From the NCBI GenBank assembly GCA_034434635.1, contig DAOTYX010000130.1:1-36349 (forward strand): a stretch of 36,349 bases of DNA, in the 5' to 3' direction. Made by a program: the position numbers and the translations under genes. The notes beneath the pieces were generated by a model that was not told where the DNA came from, did not search any database, and saw only the letters and a program-made list of their open reading frames with translations. Each line of letters begins with the position of its first letter. Position 1 is the stretch's first letter. This document shows positions 35,093 through 36,349 of the stretch, piece by piece. This DNA comes from Anaerolineae bacterium (lineage in GTDB: Bacteria; Chloroflexota; Anaerolineae; B4-G1; DUEL01).

Positions 35093-36349
35093 CTACTTTT
35101 GTTCCTCGCGCAGGCGGCGGAAATCCTGCGCCGTCTCGCGCGGCAGGTAGCGCCGCAGTCCCGGCTGCAGGGCGATCTCCTCCAGGATGCGCAGGAACTC
35201 GGGGACGATCTTCTCTGGCGTGAGCACCGCGCCCGGTGTATCTATATCCGCCAGCCGTGCGCCCAGCCTCAGGATCAGATCGGCCTGCGCCTGCGCGCGG
35301 GCATGCTCGATGCGACGCAGCCGCTCGGTCTGCGCCTTCGCCTGCTTCAGCAGCGTCCGTCGGACCCACTCTGCCCGCCAGGTGCGGATGCGCTGTTCCA
35401 GCACCTCTTCATTCGCCGGTTTCAGGTCACTGATGCCGCCCGCGCCGGGGACGCGCTGAATGCCCAGCGGCAGCAACTCTCGATCGAGCCCCTCCAGAAA
35501 CTCCCGGGCGATACGGCGACGGGGAGGTTCTGGCTGTCGTTGATGCGGGTCGTACAGGTCATCGAAACGGTAACGGGAGAGGACATCTTGCATCACCCGC
35601 GTGCCGAGGAGCGTCGGTAAGTCATCCCATGCCACTTGTCCCAACTCTTTCTCTGTTGCTACTCGCGGGTGCTCGATCTTCTGACTCAGTACGGCCTTGC
35701 GGGCATCCCGGGGGCGATAAGGCAGGGGCTCACCCAGCCGTGGCTCCTGGCCGCCGCGGTGGATCTGGAAGGGGGCGAAGAACAGTACCTTGACCTGGAT
35801 GCCGTCCTGGGTCAGCCCGTTGACGATCGCGGTGCGCAGTTGGGGCCGCAGGTCGAGCGTGCGCAGAGGGCGGTCGCCGAAGCCGGTGAAGATGACCCCC
35901 GGCCCCTGCACTCCCTTGAACTTGATCCCATCGGAGATAGCGATAGCGTGATCGCAATCGCAGATGATGAAGCCTGGCCCAAAGTTGAACTGGCTGAAAG
36001 GGTTACCCGGGATGCGCTCGTCTAATTTGTCTTCCTCGTGAGGTTCATCGGTGAGGACATAACAGGGGTAGTTGGCGATAAAATCATCCAGGCTCTCGAA
36101 GGTGGCTTTGGATGGGAAAACGGTCAGCAGGTAGTCCAACAAAAACCTGAAGACCTTCCACCTTTCTCCGCCCGGCTTGCACACCGGCAGCAAGAAACCG
36201 GAGACGTAGCAGAGCTCTCCCAGGAGGCACAGCGCACCCAGAACGAGGGCGAGGAGCACGGAGCCGGATTCCGTCTTCCTGACCACCGTCACGATAGCCC
36301 AGATGATCCAACTCAGGCCAGCCACCCAGGTGACGACCCGGCCGGCCCG
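35093..36349 (-). CDS. Paralogous SPFH/band-7-like membrane protein. The 5' end extends beyond the window.
   Basis: The frame stays open to the window edge. It has the same architecture as the downstream gene (GPGFIICDCDHAIAISDG...DLRPQLRTAIVNGLTQDGIQVKVLFFAPFQI; C-terminal RAQAQADLI). The stop lies 15 nt before the next gene's ATG. Confidence 0.5.
   Translation of the reverse strand, partial: RAGRVVTWVAGLSWIIWAIVTVVRKTESGSVLLALVLGALCLLGELCYVSGFLLPVCKPGGERWKVFRFLLDYLLTVFPSKATFESLDDFIANYPCYVLTDEPHEEDKLDERIPGNPFSQFNFGPGFIICDCDHAIAISDGIKFKGVQGPGVIFTGFGDRPLRTLDLRPQLRTAIVNGLTQDGIQVKVLFFAPFQIHRGGQEPRLGEPLPYRPRDARKAVLSQKIEHPRVATEKELGQVAWDDLPTLLGTRVMQDVLSRYRFDDLYDPHQRQPEPPRRRIAREFLEGLDRELLPLGIQRVPGAGGISDLKPANEEVLEQRIRTWRAEWVRRTLLKQAKAQTERLRRIEHARAQAQADLILRLGARLADIDTPGAVLTPEKIVPEFLRILEEIALQPGLRRYLPRETAQDFRRLREEQK

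Noticed and set aside
35079-35369. 97-codon N-terminal extension of the SPFH-like ORF (track start 35369).
   Set aside because: It is a low-complexity Arg/Gly/Pro/Ala sequence overlapping the upstream paralogue. The ATG at 35078 is preceded by a GGGAAGAGGG ribosome-binding site and immediately begins a transmembrane helix.

Overview
High-GC (roughly two-thirds G+C) bacterial chromosomal segment, about 90% coding, with almost all genes on the minus strand after the first ~3 kb. No rRNA, tRNA, CRISPR array or transposase is visible.

The recognisable core is housekeeping:
- A 3' fragment of the methylmalonyl-CoA mutase B12-binding domain, followed by meaB and a histidine-phosphatase gene.
- prs, a GNAT acetyltransferase, mreB, and an F1 ATP synthase block (atpA, atpG, atpD, atpC) with no F0 or delta genes.
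- An M42 peptidase, an NfeD plus SPFH (stomatin-like) pair, hflX, an RRM RNA-binding protein, an exonuclease-fused DinG helicase and an FtsB-like gene.

Features that this core does not explain:
1. A tightly packed 8-gene minus-strand operon (about 15.6-23.7 kb), translationally coupled through ATGA overlaps and driven by two tandem near-consensus promoters.
   - Its central gene (725 aa) has a double zinc ribbon, about ten tandem PDWLR(E/D)L motifs, and a transmembrane segment plus a C-terminal domain.
   - The other products are several membrane proteins, a large actin/Hsp70-fold (ASKHA) ATPase, a biotin/lipoyl-like barrel-sandwich protein, and an acidic-head Pro/Thr-rich protein with a sortase-like C-terminal signal.
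   - None matches a system I can name.
2. A 53-aa ORF with a perfect minimal-nucleotidyltransferase (MNT) motif wedged between atpG and atpD, with its start overlapping the atpG stop (GTGA).
3. A ~1 kb ORF-free island (30.07-31.08 kb) made of GC-rich hairpin repeat units, followed by an unusually AT-rich promoter-dense stretch.
4. A ~70-nt composite palindromic element built of 9-mer GCAGATTNA repeats, present in two intergenic copies ~20 kb apart in opposite orientation.
5. An AAA-type P-loop ATPase fused to a C-terminal OmpR/PhoB winged-helix domain, flanked by heptamer tandem repeats.
6. Two tandem paralogous SPFH-like genes followed by a TPR gene.
7. A (GTGAG)n microsatellite fused to a perfect 22-bp hairpin.

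Most long plus-strand ORFs in the supplied track are antisense artefacts of high GC and were rejected. All calls rest on reading motifs and architecture by eye; no database search was possible.
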